Shown here: positions 24,765-37,863 of the stretch, piece after piece
Layout: every line of letters begins with the position of its first letter
Position numbering within the stretch: the stretch's first letter is position 1
NCBI GenBank assembly: GCA_047967505.1
Contig: CM106538.1
Source of the DNA: Dipteris shenzhenensis
Taxonomy: Eukaryota
Length of the DNA stretch: 64,000 nt
Reading direction: 5' to 3' (one strand)
Position numbers and translations under genes: made by a program
Notes under the pieces: model-generated
Database searches by the model: none
Told to the model about the DNA's origin: nothing
What the model saw: the letters and a program-made list of their open reading frames with translations, nothing else

Positions 24765-27700
24765 CTAACCAACAACTGTAGCATTTCCAAGCTGCCCCTG
24801 AGAGTGCACTAAATAATCCCCAGAATTATATGCACGGCCATCCGTAAGGCTGCAATGCACCTGCGGCTTGCAATCCTTGTATCGCATTCTCTTTAGCACC
24901 AGTGCTGCTGTGTCTCTCCTGCCAGCAGCAGCATAGATATTTGATAGTGTCACATATGGTTCTGCATTCTCTGAATCCAACTTAAAAATTTGGTTTGCAG
25001 CACATTCTCCTCGCTCCACATCAATTTGGTTTCTGCAGGCACCAAGCACGGTCATCCATGACAAAGCAGTAGGTTCATATGGCATGTTGGCTATCAAGTC
25101 TTCTGCCTCATCCAACCTTCCTGCCCGTGCGAAGAGGTCAATCATGCAGTTATAATGATCCAAGTCAGGCAGGATGCCATTCTTCCCAGTCATAGAATGG
25201 AAAAGGTATTTGCCCTCATTCACCAAACCAGAGTGGCTACATGCAGAAAGAATGCTGACGAACGTGACCTTATTTGGCATTACACCTTCCTGTTGCATTT
25301 GGTCAAAGAGCCGTAGGGCAACCTTGCCATGACCGTGTTGGGCATATGCTGCAATAATGGCAGTCCATGAGACCATGTTCCGCATAGGTATTCTGTTAAA
25401 GATCCTATGTGCATCTTCTAGGTTGCCACATTTGGCATACATGTTTACAAGGGCAGTATAGACTATATTATCAGACTCAAGTCCACTGCAAAAAATGATA
25501 GCATGCATGTAATAGCCCTTGGCTAGAGCTGTCTGGCTGGAACATGCGTCGAGGATGCTCACGATTGTGATATTGTCTGGCAGCACCCCTTCCTGTTGCA
25601 TTTGATCAAACAATTGGAGGGCCTCCTTGCCATTACCATTCTGATTGTATCCTGTGATCAAAGCATTCCATGAAAAGAGGTTTCTTTCGAGCATCTTGTC
25701 AAATACCCTTGACGCAGCTCCCAGACTTCCACATTTGCTATACATGCTGACAAGAGCAGTCCCAACAACCACATCCGGCTCAATTCCCCTAGCCATGATG
25801 CAGGCATGTATATGCTTCCCTTCACCTAGGGCTTCCTGGCTAGAAAATGCAGGAAGAATGCTGACAAACGTGACTTCATCAGGAATTACTCCTTCCTGCT
25901 GCATACGGTGGAACACTTTTAAGGCAGCATGGCCCTGCCCGTGCTGGACGTATCCTGAAATCATAGTCGTCCAAGAGACTGTGTCCCTATCAGGCAACTC
26001 ATCAAACATCCTCTGTGCATCTTTCATCCTGCCAAACTTGCCATACATGTTTACGAGGGCAGTTCCCAAAACTAAATCTGTCTCATATTCACTTCCCACA
26101 ATGCGACTATGAATCTGGTTGCATTCACCACAGGAAATTGACATTACCTGGCTGGCACATGCATCAAGAATACAGACAAACGTGGCTTTATTTGGCACCA
26201 CCCCTTCCATATGCATTTGTTCAACAGATTGAAGGGCCCCCTTGGAATGGCCAATTTCAACATATACTGCAATCATAACATTCCACAAAACCACATTCCT
26301 TTCATATGTTTTGTGAAATATTTGTTGTGCCTCATTCAGCCTGCTACACTTGCCGTACATGTTGACAAGGCTAGTCCTTACCACAATATCCGACTCAAAA
26401 TCACTGCCCATCATGCATTCGTGCAGCCACTTCCCCTCACCTAAGGCCGCCTGGCAGGCACATGCATCTAGAATAATGACAAAGGTGAACTTGTCATGCA
26501 TTATGCTATTCTGATGCATTTTTTCAAAGAGCTGAAGGGCTTTGCCCAAACATCCCTTTTGAACAAATGCTGCAATCATAGCATTCCATGATGCAGAATT
26601 CCGTGTGGGCATTGTATTGAACATGTTCCATGCACACTCCAGGCTGCCACATTTGCTGTACATGTTGACAAGAGCAGTCCCAACATCTGCATCAGAATCT
26701 ATTCCAGTTCCCTTAATGTGAAATTGTATCCACTCTTCATCAGCTAGCAATGCCTGGCTAGCACATGCATCAAGAATGCTAAGAAAGGTGATCTTATCTG
26801 GAATCACACCTTGCCGTCGCATCTCTTCAAAAAGCTGCAAAGCTTGCTTGCTCTGGCCATGCTGGGCATATACTGTAATCATAGCATTCCACGAGGCCAC
26901 ATCATGCTTTAACATTTTTTCAAATGTCCCCCATGCATTTTCTAAGCTGTGACACTTGCCATACATGTTCACCAAGGCTGTTCCCACTGCAAGGTCTGCA
27001 TGGAATTCACTAACCATAATTCGAGCATGCATCAACTTTCCTTCAGATAAGGTTTCTTCACTAACGCAAGCAGAAAGAATGCTGAGAAAAGTGGCTTTCT
27101 CTGGAAGAACCACTTGGAGCTGCATTTGGGTGAAGAGTTGAAGAGACTTCTTGCCTTGCCCTGATTGGACAAATGCTGCAATCATCGCATTCCAAGCAGG
27201 TGCATCCTGATACGGCATTTGATTGAAAATTATCCAGGCGCCCTCTAGATTGCCACATTTGGCACACATGTTGACAAGGGCAGTACAAACTACAACATCC
27301 GACTCCAAATGAGTGCTCGCAATGCTTGCATGCAGCCGCTTACCGCTTGCAAGGTTCGCAGGGTAAGCACATGCCGACAGAACACTTATGAGAATAAACC
27401 TGTCCTGAATGACCCCTTCCAACCGCATACGTTCGAAAAGCCTGAAAGCCTCTTTCGCCTGGCTATGCCTTGCGTGAGCTTTAATGATAAAATTCCAAGT
27501 AAAATGGTCCCTCGAATGCAACCTTACGAACACCGCACATGCCTCCTCCAGAACTCCACAGTTCCCATACATCTCTATAAGGAGATTACCCAAAAATGTT
27601 TCTTGCTCAAGTCCACGTTTGATAATGTGATCATGGATATGCTTGCCCTTTGAAAGAGCCTTCGCCTTCCCAGATGAGCGCAAAAGAGACGCATAGGCGC

Positions 27701-27854
27701 AAGCATCCACCTCACAGCCAGGCGAATCAAGCTCATCTAAAACGCCATTTCGAAGGGCTCCTGGGCTCCATTCCCTTTCAACTTTGCGAAATTGAAGTAT
27801 CGAAGGGGATCTTCGAAAGGCCGTGTAGAGCAAGATGGGTTTATGATCCAGCAT
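24765..27854 (-). CDS. PLS-class pentatricopeptide repeat protein, E subclass with degenerate E+ tail, ~1029 aa, intronless
   Basis: ORF 24765-27866 has its first ATG at 27854. About 26 P/L/S motifs in regular L-S-P triplets end in P2-L2-S2 (SACSHSGLVNEG, HYNCMIDLFARAGRLDEA), then E1-E2 and a short tail with no intact DYW domain. Confidence 0.95.
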   Translation of the reverse strand: MLDHKPILLYTAFRRSPSILQFRKVEREWSPGALRNGVLDELDSPGCEVDACAYASLLRSSGKAKALSKGKHIHDHIIKRGLEQETFLGNLLIEMYGNCGVLEEACAVFVRLHSRDHFTWNFIIKAHARHSQAKEAFRLFERMRLEGVIQDRFILISVLSACAYPANLASGKRLHASIASTHLESDVVVCTALVNMCAKCGNLEGAWIIFNQMPYQDAPAWNAMIAAFVQSGQGKKSLQLFTQMQLQVVLPEKATFLSILSACVSEETLSEGKLMHARIMVSEFHADLAVGTALVNMYGKCHSLENAWGTFEKMLKHDVASWNAMITVYAQHGQSKQALQLFEEMRRQGVIPDKITFLSILDACASQALLADEEWIQFHIKGTGIDSDADVGTALVNMYSKCGSLECAWNMFNTMPTRNSASWNAMIAAFVQKGCLGKALQLFEKMHQNSIMHDKFTFVIILDACACQAALGEGKWLHECMMGSDFESDIVVRTSLVNMYGKCSRLNEAQQIFHKTYERNVVLWNVMIAVYVEIGHSKGALQSVEQMHMEGVVPNKATFVCILDACASQVMSISCGECNQIHSRIVGSEYETDLVLGTALVNMYGKFGRMKDAQRMFDELPDRDTVSWTTMISGYVQHGQGHAALKVFHRMQQEGVIPDEVTFVSILPAFSSQEALGEGKHIHACIMARGIEPDVVVGTALVSMYSKCGSLGAASRVFDKMLERNLFSWNALITGYNQNGNGKEALQLFDQMQQEGVLPDNITIVSILDACSSQTALAKGYYMHAIIFCSGLESDNIVYTALVNMYAKCGNLEDAHRIFNRIPMRNMVSWTAIIAAYAQHGHGKVALRLFDQMQQEGVMPNKVTFVSILSACSHSGLVNEGKYLFHSMTGKNGILPDLDHYNCMIDLFARAGRLDEAEDLIANMPYEPTALSWMTVLGACRNQIDVERGECAANQIFKLDSENAEPYVTLSNIYAAAGRRDTAALVLKRMRYKDCKPQVHCSLTDGRAYNSGDYLVHSQGQLGNATVVG

Positions 27855-29984
27855 CAATATCACCACTGGGTCATCAAGGAACAGCCATCTACACTAGCGC
27901 CCAAATTCCGGGAAAGCAATTCCTATTGTCCGACGCCCAAGATTGAGTCTCTTTCCCAAGGAGGTCCTTTCCCAAGAGGAAATGACATTCCCAAGAGCTT
28001 TCCCTCAAAGTTTAAACAAAAACAAAAACACCCATGGCGAAAAGGGCGAAAAACTCACTTGTTGATTAATTTGTGGGGGGCTGCGATGGGGGCCCATAGA
28101 CGTAGGACCTGTGAAGGCCTCTACAATCCAAGGAGAAAGAGAGGAGTGGGAAGGAGGAAGGAGGAGGGGAGGAGGGAGGAAGGAGGTGAGCGGGAGGAGG
28201 GAAGGAAGCGAAGGAGGAGGGAATCGGCGTCGGGAGCCGATTCTCGAGAGGAAACTCTGCCACCCGGCGAGCAACTGTAGGTCGGTAGCCAATGGCCTAC
28301 TTTTCGACTGGACATCGGAAATTGATGCCGAATTCTAACCGTCAACGGTTGGGGGAGGCGGAGGGTGACACGTGTCGACGACGGATTAGTGGATCTGGTA
28401 GTGTTTGGGGTGATGCAACATAATGATGCATGATGATGCGAAAAAGATATTATGCATGACAATGCTACATGATAGGATGCAACTTGATGATGCTACAGGG
28501 CATTTGCCAAAGGCTTGACAATGCGTCCAAAGTTGGCTCATTTCTTTGAAAAGGAGGTTGCATCCCACAAGCTTGTGGTATGATTGGAACAAGGAGTTAT
28601 GGACCTTAAAGCATAATGGGAGGAGTCCATAGCATAGATTTGCCATTAGGCGGGTAGAGTTCATAGTGGAGTTAGCAATTTCTCGACAAAGAATGGAGGC
28701 CTTGGCTCAGGAGTAGGTCCAAGTGATGGAGAATGTAAAGGATCAGATCTTGGAGAATTTGGCTCAAGCTTAGTTTTTAGAGGCCTAGTTGAAGGGGTAT
28801 GGTAACCCTTTGGTGTCAGATAGTTTTGGTGTTGGATGTAGATACCCTTATTGACTTGTCTGGCACATAGACTTGAATCCATGGGAAGAGTATATAAAGA
28901 AGATGTAGTTAATCCTGGAGTCAAGCTATAAGCTGATTACCCTCTTGAGTCGCTACTAGGATACTGAACCCCATTTTGATGCAACTTGCAAGAATCAATC
29001 AGGTATCTATAATTATTGTTGAGTGCTCTAAGAGTGCAAGCCACTTAGCCACATAGGGAAAGGGGTCATTTCAAAACGTCTGGGTAGCCCTCAAGGATGC
29101 ATTGATCTAGTTGGTCTACTTGAGGCCTTCCTTTGATGTATTGATATACTTGAGCCCGAGCTTGCAAAAGCTAAGCCTTGTGGTAAGAGGCAGGTAGTTT
29201 GTGCCTCTAGGGAGCCTAAATGTAACCAAGGTGTTCACTTAGATGTCTAACGTTATGGTTGGTTCATCTATGGAGGATGTGCTGTTTTACTTGTTGAAGA
29301 AGAACTCCTTAGCATTGCAATAGAGTTTGGACCAGGACCACTAATGATTTAAGGCCATGAGGTTGGCTCCCAAAGATGACTAGGCTAAGCATCATTAGGA
29401 GGTGAAAGAATTGACGTTTGATATTTGCTCTCTTAAGTCTTGAACACCAAGTGGACATCAAGGAGGAAAGGCGGTCCAACCAGATGAAGTTGCAAGTGGG
29501 TAAGCTAGATGATTAGAGCAAGGGTCATGAGAAGGAATGGAGTACATTGATAAAGAGTTCGTGAAAAAGATTCAGATTTTCCAACCCTAAAGGCTCAACT
29601 TGTGGACCTCCAAATGCATAATTCTAATCTCAAGTGCAAGTATGCAAACTTGTAGATGGCACCTTAGCTAAAAAATGATGACGGCCATGGTCGTGTCTCA
29701 TGCTTGTGATTTTCTCATACGGTTGTCTCAATTGAAATCTATAGCCAATCTATTGGAGCACAATTTCCTTCGTAATGCTCCCAGTACTCATGATGTTCCT
29801 ATCATTGGTGCACTAGCTATCAAAAATGATGATGTCTTTGATCCCAACAATGTGGGAGATGCTGATATTGCCAACCCAATGCATCTAGTTCAACTTGATT
29901 AGAATGTTTCGACCATTCTAAACTAATCTTCCCATTCTGACTAAGTAGGTTTTAGCATGTTGAGTCTATAAGCTAGGAACCCTA

Positions 29985-30600
29985 TGTTAAATTACACGGC
30001 GCAGCGGAACAGAAACTGAACAAAGAATAGAGAGTACACAGCAAACTGGAGAGGAACAAAATTTTCCTTCAATACTGATGTAGTGCAGATGATGGCTCCA
30101 TCCACCCGTGCTCTCCCACAGTGGAGCTTAGATGGCAATCTAGACAAATACTAGGTGAAGAGCTACTAGCTGGAAGATCTCTGCTGGAAGATCTGATCTG
30201 GTACAATGGACTGGGGAGGTCGCCTCTTTATAGCTATGAGGGTGTAGTCGGATCAACATAGTCAGTGGAACCGACTAGTCAACCTAGTCGGTTCCACCGA
30301 CTAGTCGTCCATGGAATCTTCAAGGAACATTCCCTATACCATCGCCTCGGGGGCTCTCGCCCCCAAACCCCCACTAGGGGGGCCGCTGGCCCCTAGGCCC
30401 CAGCAAGAATGAGGGGCTCCCACACAATCACCTTTCTACCATCAATGGTTTCATTGATAGACCTCATCTGACATGCAAGTCAAGATCCATCAAGTGTCCT
30501 GGGCTCACACATGGCTTCTCCTCATATGGGGACCTTACCACTTGAGCACCTTGGACCATTGAAGGCTACCAGGAGGGTGGGGCATTGAGGATATCTAACA
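29985..30600 (-). mobile_element. Solo LTR (616 bp)
   Basis: Termini TGTTA...TAACA. 5-bp target-site duplication cccta/tccta (1 mismatch). TATA-like tataaag on the minus strand near 30230. Confidence 0.8.
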
Positions 30601-31199
30601 TCCTATTGAGTTGTAAACTAGTTTCCCTATGGAGTTGGAAGCTATTCTTCATTGTAACTATTGGTGTTATTATTGGAACATAGTGTGATTCATTGGAGTG
30701 TTCAAACTCTAACTTGTTTTGAATTGTTTTCTATTTCATATGTTTAAATGAATGGTTTGCGATGAGTTAACATGCTAATTGTGTCTTATAACTTAATCTT
30801 TATTTCTCTTGTGTTAGATTCCCTTAATATTGATAGTCAGAACGTATGGTTTTTCAATGATGAACTTTCATCATCCCCACGACTTTTAGTCTTTTGCATC
30901 TTATGTCTATGAGATGTTGTTTGTTTGGTATTTTGAGGTTATCTTATGGTGTTTATAGTTATTTATCTTATTTTGGGATTTTTGGTATCATTGGATGTTT
31001 CTATGATTAGTAACCATTCCTAGTGTTGCATTTGTTGGCCTATATTCTAACCATTTTAAGTAAGGTGGTTGGTGTGGTTTGGCCATTCTTGGTGTCCTAC
31101 AAGGTAAGGTGGTATGTTCTTGTTGTTATAAGTAGAACTATTTGAGTTTGGTGAGCTCAAGAAAAAGTTGCCTAGGATAACCAGTACGTTATGTATAGG

Positions 31200-31470
31200 A
31201 TTGAGGGCCATTACTAGTGGAAGATTAGTGGGCCATGCATATCTATGATGATGACGAGAAAGACATAGACGATATAATCATATCCCTTAAGAAGGAAATA
31301 TCGCAAGTTGAATGGGACGAGAATGATATAAGCAATAGCTGTCAAACTGGCACTCAAGCATGTGTACTTCAAAAGGAGGGCAACAAGAGTTAAGATCCTA
31401 AGATAAACACATAAGTTGAAGGGCACAATATTTGGATATCTGAGGAGCTCATGCTGACCCACCAGCTCAA
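31200..31470 (+). mobile_element. LINE ORF1-like fragment (same family as 56430-57400)
   Basis: RVKILR*THKLKGT followed by a frameshifted WISEE, resembling the ORF1 LKGTxIWIxEDLT motif. Clear nucleotide similarity to 57110-57295. Confidence 0.55.
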
Positions 31471-31911
31471 ATGGTTCATGGGATATGGAGAAGTCACTTT
31501 TATAGTGATGTGTAATTTTACGACTCTACTTATGCTTGTATTTTCATTTTTTGCGGCCGGTCCCACATTGCTTTGAGGAGGTCGCCTTTTTGAGCTCCCT
31601 GATTGCAGGCTCGATCCTCCTTGCTCCTTTCCTGAAGGGGGTTGGTTCCTCTCTTGAGGGGCTGGTTCCACATTGCTTTGAGCAACTCGCCTTTTTTTGA
31701 GGTTCGTGATCGCAAGCTTGGCCCTCCTTGCTATTTCCTCGGGCAGGATCGTAGGGAGGACATCCTGAGGAGAGAGAGGAAAGGGGCAGGAGTGGACAGA
31801 AAGCACGTGAGCTTAAGTCTTGTCTTCCTCATGGAAAAAGAGAGATCAAGCCTCAAGGGATGACGAATGGAAAAAAGAGAGAAGCCTCAAGGGATGGCAA
31901 ATGACGCACTG

Positions 31912-31914
<3 letters not shown>

Positions 31915-31964
<50 letters not shown>
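31915..31964. repeat. (GA)n microsatellite
   Basis: Directly visible. Confidence 0.95.
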
Positions 31965-31968
<4 letters not shown>

Positions 31969-32099
31969 GGGGGTGATGTAGATGGTTTGATAGTTCATGG
32001 AGGTGATGCATTTTTTGCGATTCTGTGCAAATGTAGAATTCATAGAATAGGGAAAAAGAAGGACACATGACTCAAGGAGAAGGAAGTATTTCATTTCAT

Positions 32100-33830
32100 G
32101 GCACAATGCTACCTGCCTAACAAGTAAAAGTGTCCTTCAAAGTGATTCAGTGAGCTTGGCACTAGAAGGCAACTACATCCAAGAGGTCACAATCTACGGA
32201 GGAGGTATCTTCCTCATCCAACTGAGCTCTCTCGTTACCCCCTTGAGACTTGTGGAGAAGAGCCCCATCCTCTTTGGCCTGCATCTGGTGTACCTTTTTC
32301 CTTGGTACCATGGCTTTATAGTAGAGGACATGGACATAACACACCATGTTCTCCAATATTCTAGGTGACACTTCGCTTGATGGGGCTCCCAAAGGAATAT
32401 AGAGCCATCATCCCCTCCATTGGTAGAGCATTTGGTATGGTGCTAGAGTCCCCACCAAGTTCCCACCCCCTCCCCCCCTGACCCCTCTCCCTCTTGACTT
32501 CCACCCCCTCCTCCTGAGGTTCCCCCACCCCCTCTTTCCCCCCTCGCTCCTCCTACTATGGTCATCCTCACCACCCGGCCCCCTCCCTCCTCCCTCTACC
32601 ACCCCCTCCCCCTCTGTAGCAGCTCCTTCAGCCTGCCCCCCTCTCCCCCCCCTTCGGACCTGCCTCATCTCCCTTGCCAGTAGGCAAGGGCACGATTGCA
32701 TCCCCTTCCTCTTCCTCGTCTCAACATCCTGTCTCCCCCCCCTCTTAGCCCCCCCATTCGAGGTGGGATACAGAGGGAAGGGGCTCATCCTCCTAGTCAA
32801 CAGCTCTCAAAATCCAGCTTGGGCGCCCTCTTTCGAGGGAAGAGGACTTTTGGAGATTGGGACCCTGGAATTATGTAGAGATCCCTTACTCTTACCCTCT
32901 ACCATACTAGAGGTGACACTTATGATCTTACAGCATCGAAAAGGGGGTTCGATCAGCATAGTGGGCTCCCAGGCATCTAGTTTGGCGATTCTAGTTCGTC
33001 TCCACAAGGTTGGAGTAAGTGCACTACACTGGTATTTGATGCTATGATGGGGGATCATATCTCACGCATGATCAATGAATGGATGGGTCCACAGGGACGA
33101 ACTTTGGCACACCCATGGTGTTGAAGTGAATTTTCAGTTGAGCTTCACGTGGGAGAAGCCGATTTATGGATTGATAGTAAGGATTATCAAATTGTCGCCT
33201 GAGGTAAGGATTGATCAGGCACAGTAATGGCCACTCCAGAAGTGTGCTGAGTTGTTCAGAGTGGACATCTTGTCCATGTTGCAGTGGGCACAGAAGATTG
33301 GCATAGGGCCGGTGTCCACCCTAATACGTCGACGTACAAACACAGACTCCTCGCCCTCCAAACCCCCTTCAAAGTCACAAAAGGTAGTTTTTCTAGAATG
33401 GGTACCCACTCATTGAGCGTGCTCATAGTCAGCCGCACTGCTTGATCCTTTAGCAAGAGTTGCAGAGGGTAGTGGTAAGAAGGCGAGTAATGGACTTCCT
33501 TTTGATACAGGAGCACATGTTCTCAGCATCATACATTAGACAGCACCACCACCTTATTCCGAGGAGAGGCCCGGAGGTGTGGTCTCCAGCCGTAGGACAA
33601 GCATCTCAGTCTCCTAGGTGGTGGCCCCAAAGGTCTATGATCAATGTGAACTTATCTCAGGGCAGGTAGTTTGGATGTGAGTCAGGACAGGAGAGTCCAG
33701 ATCTTGAATGTGTATGCCAAGCATGGAGACCACTCTCCAGTAGTATTATACCTACAGCAGCCCGCCGTGGCCTTTCCCAAAAGGGGGTCCACATTCTAGA
33801 GGACCTACTACAGGATGAGGAGATTCAGCA
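32100..33830 (-). mobile_element. L1-like LINE 5' part (ORF1 zinc-knuckle region and start of the ORF2 endonuclease), decayed
   Basis: MPIFCAHC...GHYC knuckle-like segment, then a G-rich linker, then VT*NIG (TWNxRG-like) and DVVAF*. Confidence 0.55.
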
Positions 33831-33832
33831 AG

Positions 33833-34150
33833 TTATTGCAGAAATTTGGCAGCAGCCAGAGATGTTGTCTCATCAATAATAACATCTTTAGAAATAATAA
33901 ATTTTCTCATTACTGGATCAAAAAGATAAGTTTTCTCTAAAAATAATACTTTTTCTCTTGGTTGGATCAAAGAGGTAGTATGTCTTTGATTCTTCAATAT
34001 AGTTGGTGAAGACACATTTGATGAATTTCATATCCAACTTTGTCTCGAATTCATCTCGAATGTATGTATATGCAAGAGAGTGCTTTTTCTAGAGTTACAT
34101 TCTGCAAGATGGCTATTGGACTTCTATTCATGAGATTGCTCTCCATGTTT
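33833..34150 (-). mobile_element. Ty1/Copia integrase C-terminal fragment
   Basis: YLFDPVMRKFIISKDVIIDE matches the Copia YRLYDP...ISRDVxFDE motif. Confidence 0.75.
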
Positions 34151-34620
34151 CCTACCCTTTAAATTTAAAATACGACATCTAGAGAAGAGGAGGAGGGAGA
34201 GGACTTCTCTACAGCTCATAACAAGTCTAGCCAACTACACCCTACCTACATGCCATAGTCATACACGGAGGTCATGCTTCACAAAAAATATAAATGTATC
34301 AAATACACAAACAGAAATATCTATTAATGGTAGTGAGCTAAAGTAGGAAATCAATACAACATGATTTAAACAAAGTCATGGGCTATTTTAGAGCAAATAT
34401 TTTTTTCACCCAAAATGACTTGATGGTTAAAATTGGAAGAAAATTTACCAAAACTACATTACATGTGAGCACATAAGATAGTTTTTTAGAAAGATTCACC
34501 AAATTCTTATATAGCTCCTCGTTCATATGAAAAAAAATAGCAAACCTATCTCTACCTTAAAAAACAAATACACTAAATGCAATGATCTATCCATCATCCT
34601 AAATCACACTTAGCTATCTT

Positions 34621-35124
34621 TGTTGTGGAATGCAAACGGACATACAATGCGGTTATGTTGGGATCAGTTGATTCGGTGATTCATTCAATCGATTGTTAAT
34701 AACTAATGTAATTGGCGACTTGAGCACAGGTGATGGAACTCATAGTGAGGATTGGAGTTAGTGCGAGGGTACCGATCGAGGTGTCGCACATCGCATTATA
34801 TATGGCCATGGGCCAATTTTGTATTTGTTTTATTATTGCAAGTTTGAGCAATATATTTTGTTGAGGACATAATTCATTTTGGGACCTAAGATGGCTATGT
34901 AAAGCAAATCCCTCATTTTTGGATGAGAGGGATAATTTTGGCTCCTTGGTGCTTTTATGGAATATCATAAATACTCTAGATGAGGAAGGGTGAGCCACTC
35001 ATCTAAGCGGGGGAGATTGTACCCAGCTTGCTGTCTCTCTCATAGTGTGATTGTGTTCTTCTTCTCCAATTGATTAAGTGGTGAATTTGTGTGAAAAGAA
35101 TTACCTTCTGGTTTCATTCAAACA
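34621..35124 (+). mobile_element. Possible solo LTR
   Basis: TGTT...AACA termini and an internal TATA-like ataaata. No target-site duplication seen. Confidence 0.3.
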
Positions 35125-35242
35125 AAAATATATTTATAGAGGGTGTCATTAAAAATATTTTTAAAAAAAGTCACAAACCTATATAGAAAAAGGGTGTCTT
35201 TTAATCAGGTAATATTCACATATGCTACATATGTGAAGTAGT

Positions 35243-35520
35243 TTGGTTCAAAAGACTTCTTTAGAGATTGAAATTCTTTCAGGAGAAGATATATTACAAT
35301 ATTTTCATAGCATCGATAGCACACAACTAACAAAGAATCCCATTTTTCATGCCAAAATGAAGTGTATTGGGGTGCATTATCATTTCATCAAAGAAAAAGT
35401 ACTTAGTCGTGATATAGATCTTGTTCATGTTTAAATACTAGAACAAGTTACAGATATCTTCATAAAGCCACTTTCCCTTGACAAATTCAATTACTTGAGA
35501 CATTATCTTGGTACTCATCA
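35243..35520 (+). mobile_element. Ty1/Copia RNase H C-terminal fragment
   Basis: KNPIFHAKMKCIGVHYHFIKEKVLSRDIDLVHV..EQVTDIFIKPL..KFNYLRHYLG. Confidence 0.85.
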
Positions 35521-37823
35521 CACCTAGGTATAGCTTTGGAGGGAGGAAGGGATTATTAAGCTTACTTTATGTACATACTTTTGCTATGAAGTCACTACAC
35601 TCATGCACATACCCTAATTTCTCAAATTTTCTTCTTTATTATTTTTGTTGCCATCAAATGCAACCCTTTTATATTTTTTTAAACATTTTTTTTAAATAAG
35701 TCAGTCTCTAAGGAAATTTAAAAGGAGCCTTAGACCAATAAATCGAATTGTCCTTTTGCATGAATCTCCTACATGGACCAAGTGGTACAGGGACTTAATG
35801 TCTCCTTATAAATACCTCTTATTCTTATTTTCAAAGTTCGCTTATGTCTGTGAACTCTTACCTAGTATACTTTGCACAACTAGGCGACAAAATGATGCAA
35901 GGTGTATTATACCACCACAAAAAGAGAAGACCTAGCAATGGGCTACAATGTGAAAAAATTAAGACATGATATATTGGCCATTGAATTTTTTTTTAACAAT
36001 GATCTCAACCCTTACTCTTACTGGTTTCTCTCCCTACAAGCTATGACTCAACACTCTCCGAACTAACTTCTATGAGCCGCTTTCCTTGATTTCATCTCCA
36101 ACACTCAGTTAGTCTTTTCTCCCTATAGTAGAACACAAGCAAGGGACACTTCCCAAGTGTCATTCACTTCACTACATGCTGTACTTTTTTCCTAGTTAAC
36201 GCTCTCTTTTCAACTCAACCCAAAGTATTCTCATAACCCATTGTACTCAATAGTGCTAGGGATGATCACATCTACCATTGTTTTGAGAGACTCATAAGTA
36301 TCTTAGCTATGCATTCAAGAGCCAAGACCTCTCACGTTTGCTTTTATAAGACATCTAGAACTACTCTTTCCTTGTTTAAAGTAGGAGAGTTTAATGGAGC
36401 TCACTAGCTCCCCCATGATAGCCCTTTAGGCTCTTAAAAGATAAGGAGATTGAGCAAACTCGCAAATGAGAAAGATGCACTATAACTAAAGTAGAATTGT
36501 AAGCATGAGACCAAACACAAACACAAGATTGTTAAGAGTAGTGTAACTAACACTATTCTAAAGAGGTCTATCCCTAGCCATAACGCTAAGGGGTAAAGAT
36601 GTATATATTCATCATTATATTCAATACAACATAGTGTACAATTTGTGATTGCTTGTTATACTCCACTCTCTCTTCCCCAATCCTTCAGCATGGTGAAAGC
36701 CTCAGGTGCTCCATCCTTTGTGAGAGAGTGCAAACCATTGCAATTAGGGGAGATATGGACCATGGCGTAAAAAAGGGCTCTTTGCATTAGGCCCTTAAGA
36801 ATTAATCCTTATTTAGGCTCTAGACCAATGAGGAGGTTCACGCATTTAAAGAATGAAGGATTCTCTCCTTCTATCAAAATTTCCCCCCCTAGAACCATCG
36901 TAAATGGAAATGTGAAATTTCATGAAAGAATTGTAGCCTTGGATTGTTTTTGAGCATCAAGGCCACCACAACCATTGATCCCATAAGATCCAACGGCTAT
37001 GATTGTATGGTGTGCATGACATTCAATGATCCCACTTGCTTGGTAGCCATTGGTTTAGACCATTAGATCTCTAGTAGATCTAATGGTTGTAATTAACAAC
37101 ACCGTGGGGCATCCCTTATCTCTCACCACATGGCGTGCGTGCGCCCTTCTCTACCACTTGCAGGCACAACTCCCATGACCTTGGTTTAGTAGAGGCACGG
37201 ATCCACTTGTAGGACAACCCTTGGATTGAAGCATGCATCTATGGTTGACAAGAGGCGCATATGCGCACCCTTTGATGGGGAGTAGATCCAAGGATCCACA
37301 AAAGGCACTACACGTCCCCTTGGATCGGATTGGGGATCGACGATCGAGACTCATAGCCACATTCACCCTTGGATCAAGTTATGATCAACGTTAGGGGTGG
37401 CATGCGAACCATTAGATTAGGAATCCCGATCAATGTTCTAGAATAGGTGTCACATGCGAATTGTATGACAATGTCAAAAATATGTCAACCCTCATTAAGA
37501 GAAATCAAAATCACCTTTTACCATAACGTTTTGTCCTAGAAATTAAAGAATTAATCCCTTTCTTAATCACCCCCTTGTGAGACCCTTTTTGACTCCAAAA
37601 TTCCCCTAATAGGCTTTGTTAAGGCACAAGCCCTTGCTTCACAAGGCACAAGTCCTTGCTTCCATCAAGGCAATAAGCCACTAAAGAGTTCATCTTGTAG
37701 AGTTTCTTCCCCTAAAAGTTCTCTATTTCACGATATGGAGCTTGAGCTATCCTCCTTTGAGTGATGTTCATTCTTATTGAAGATTTTTGAGCTTGTGTAA
37801 GGTTCATGAGTGTTTTGTAAGGC

Positions 37824-37863
<40 letters not shown>

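Noticed and set aside
28005-28340. ORFs in the GA-rich region upstream of the second PPR gene
   Set aside because: Low-complexity purine tract, likely promoter or 5' UTR. The translations are compositional artefacts.
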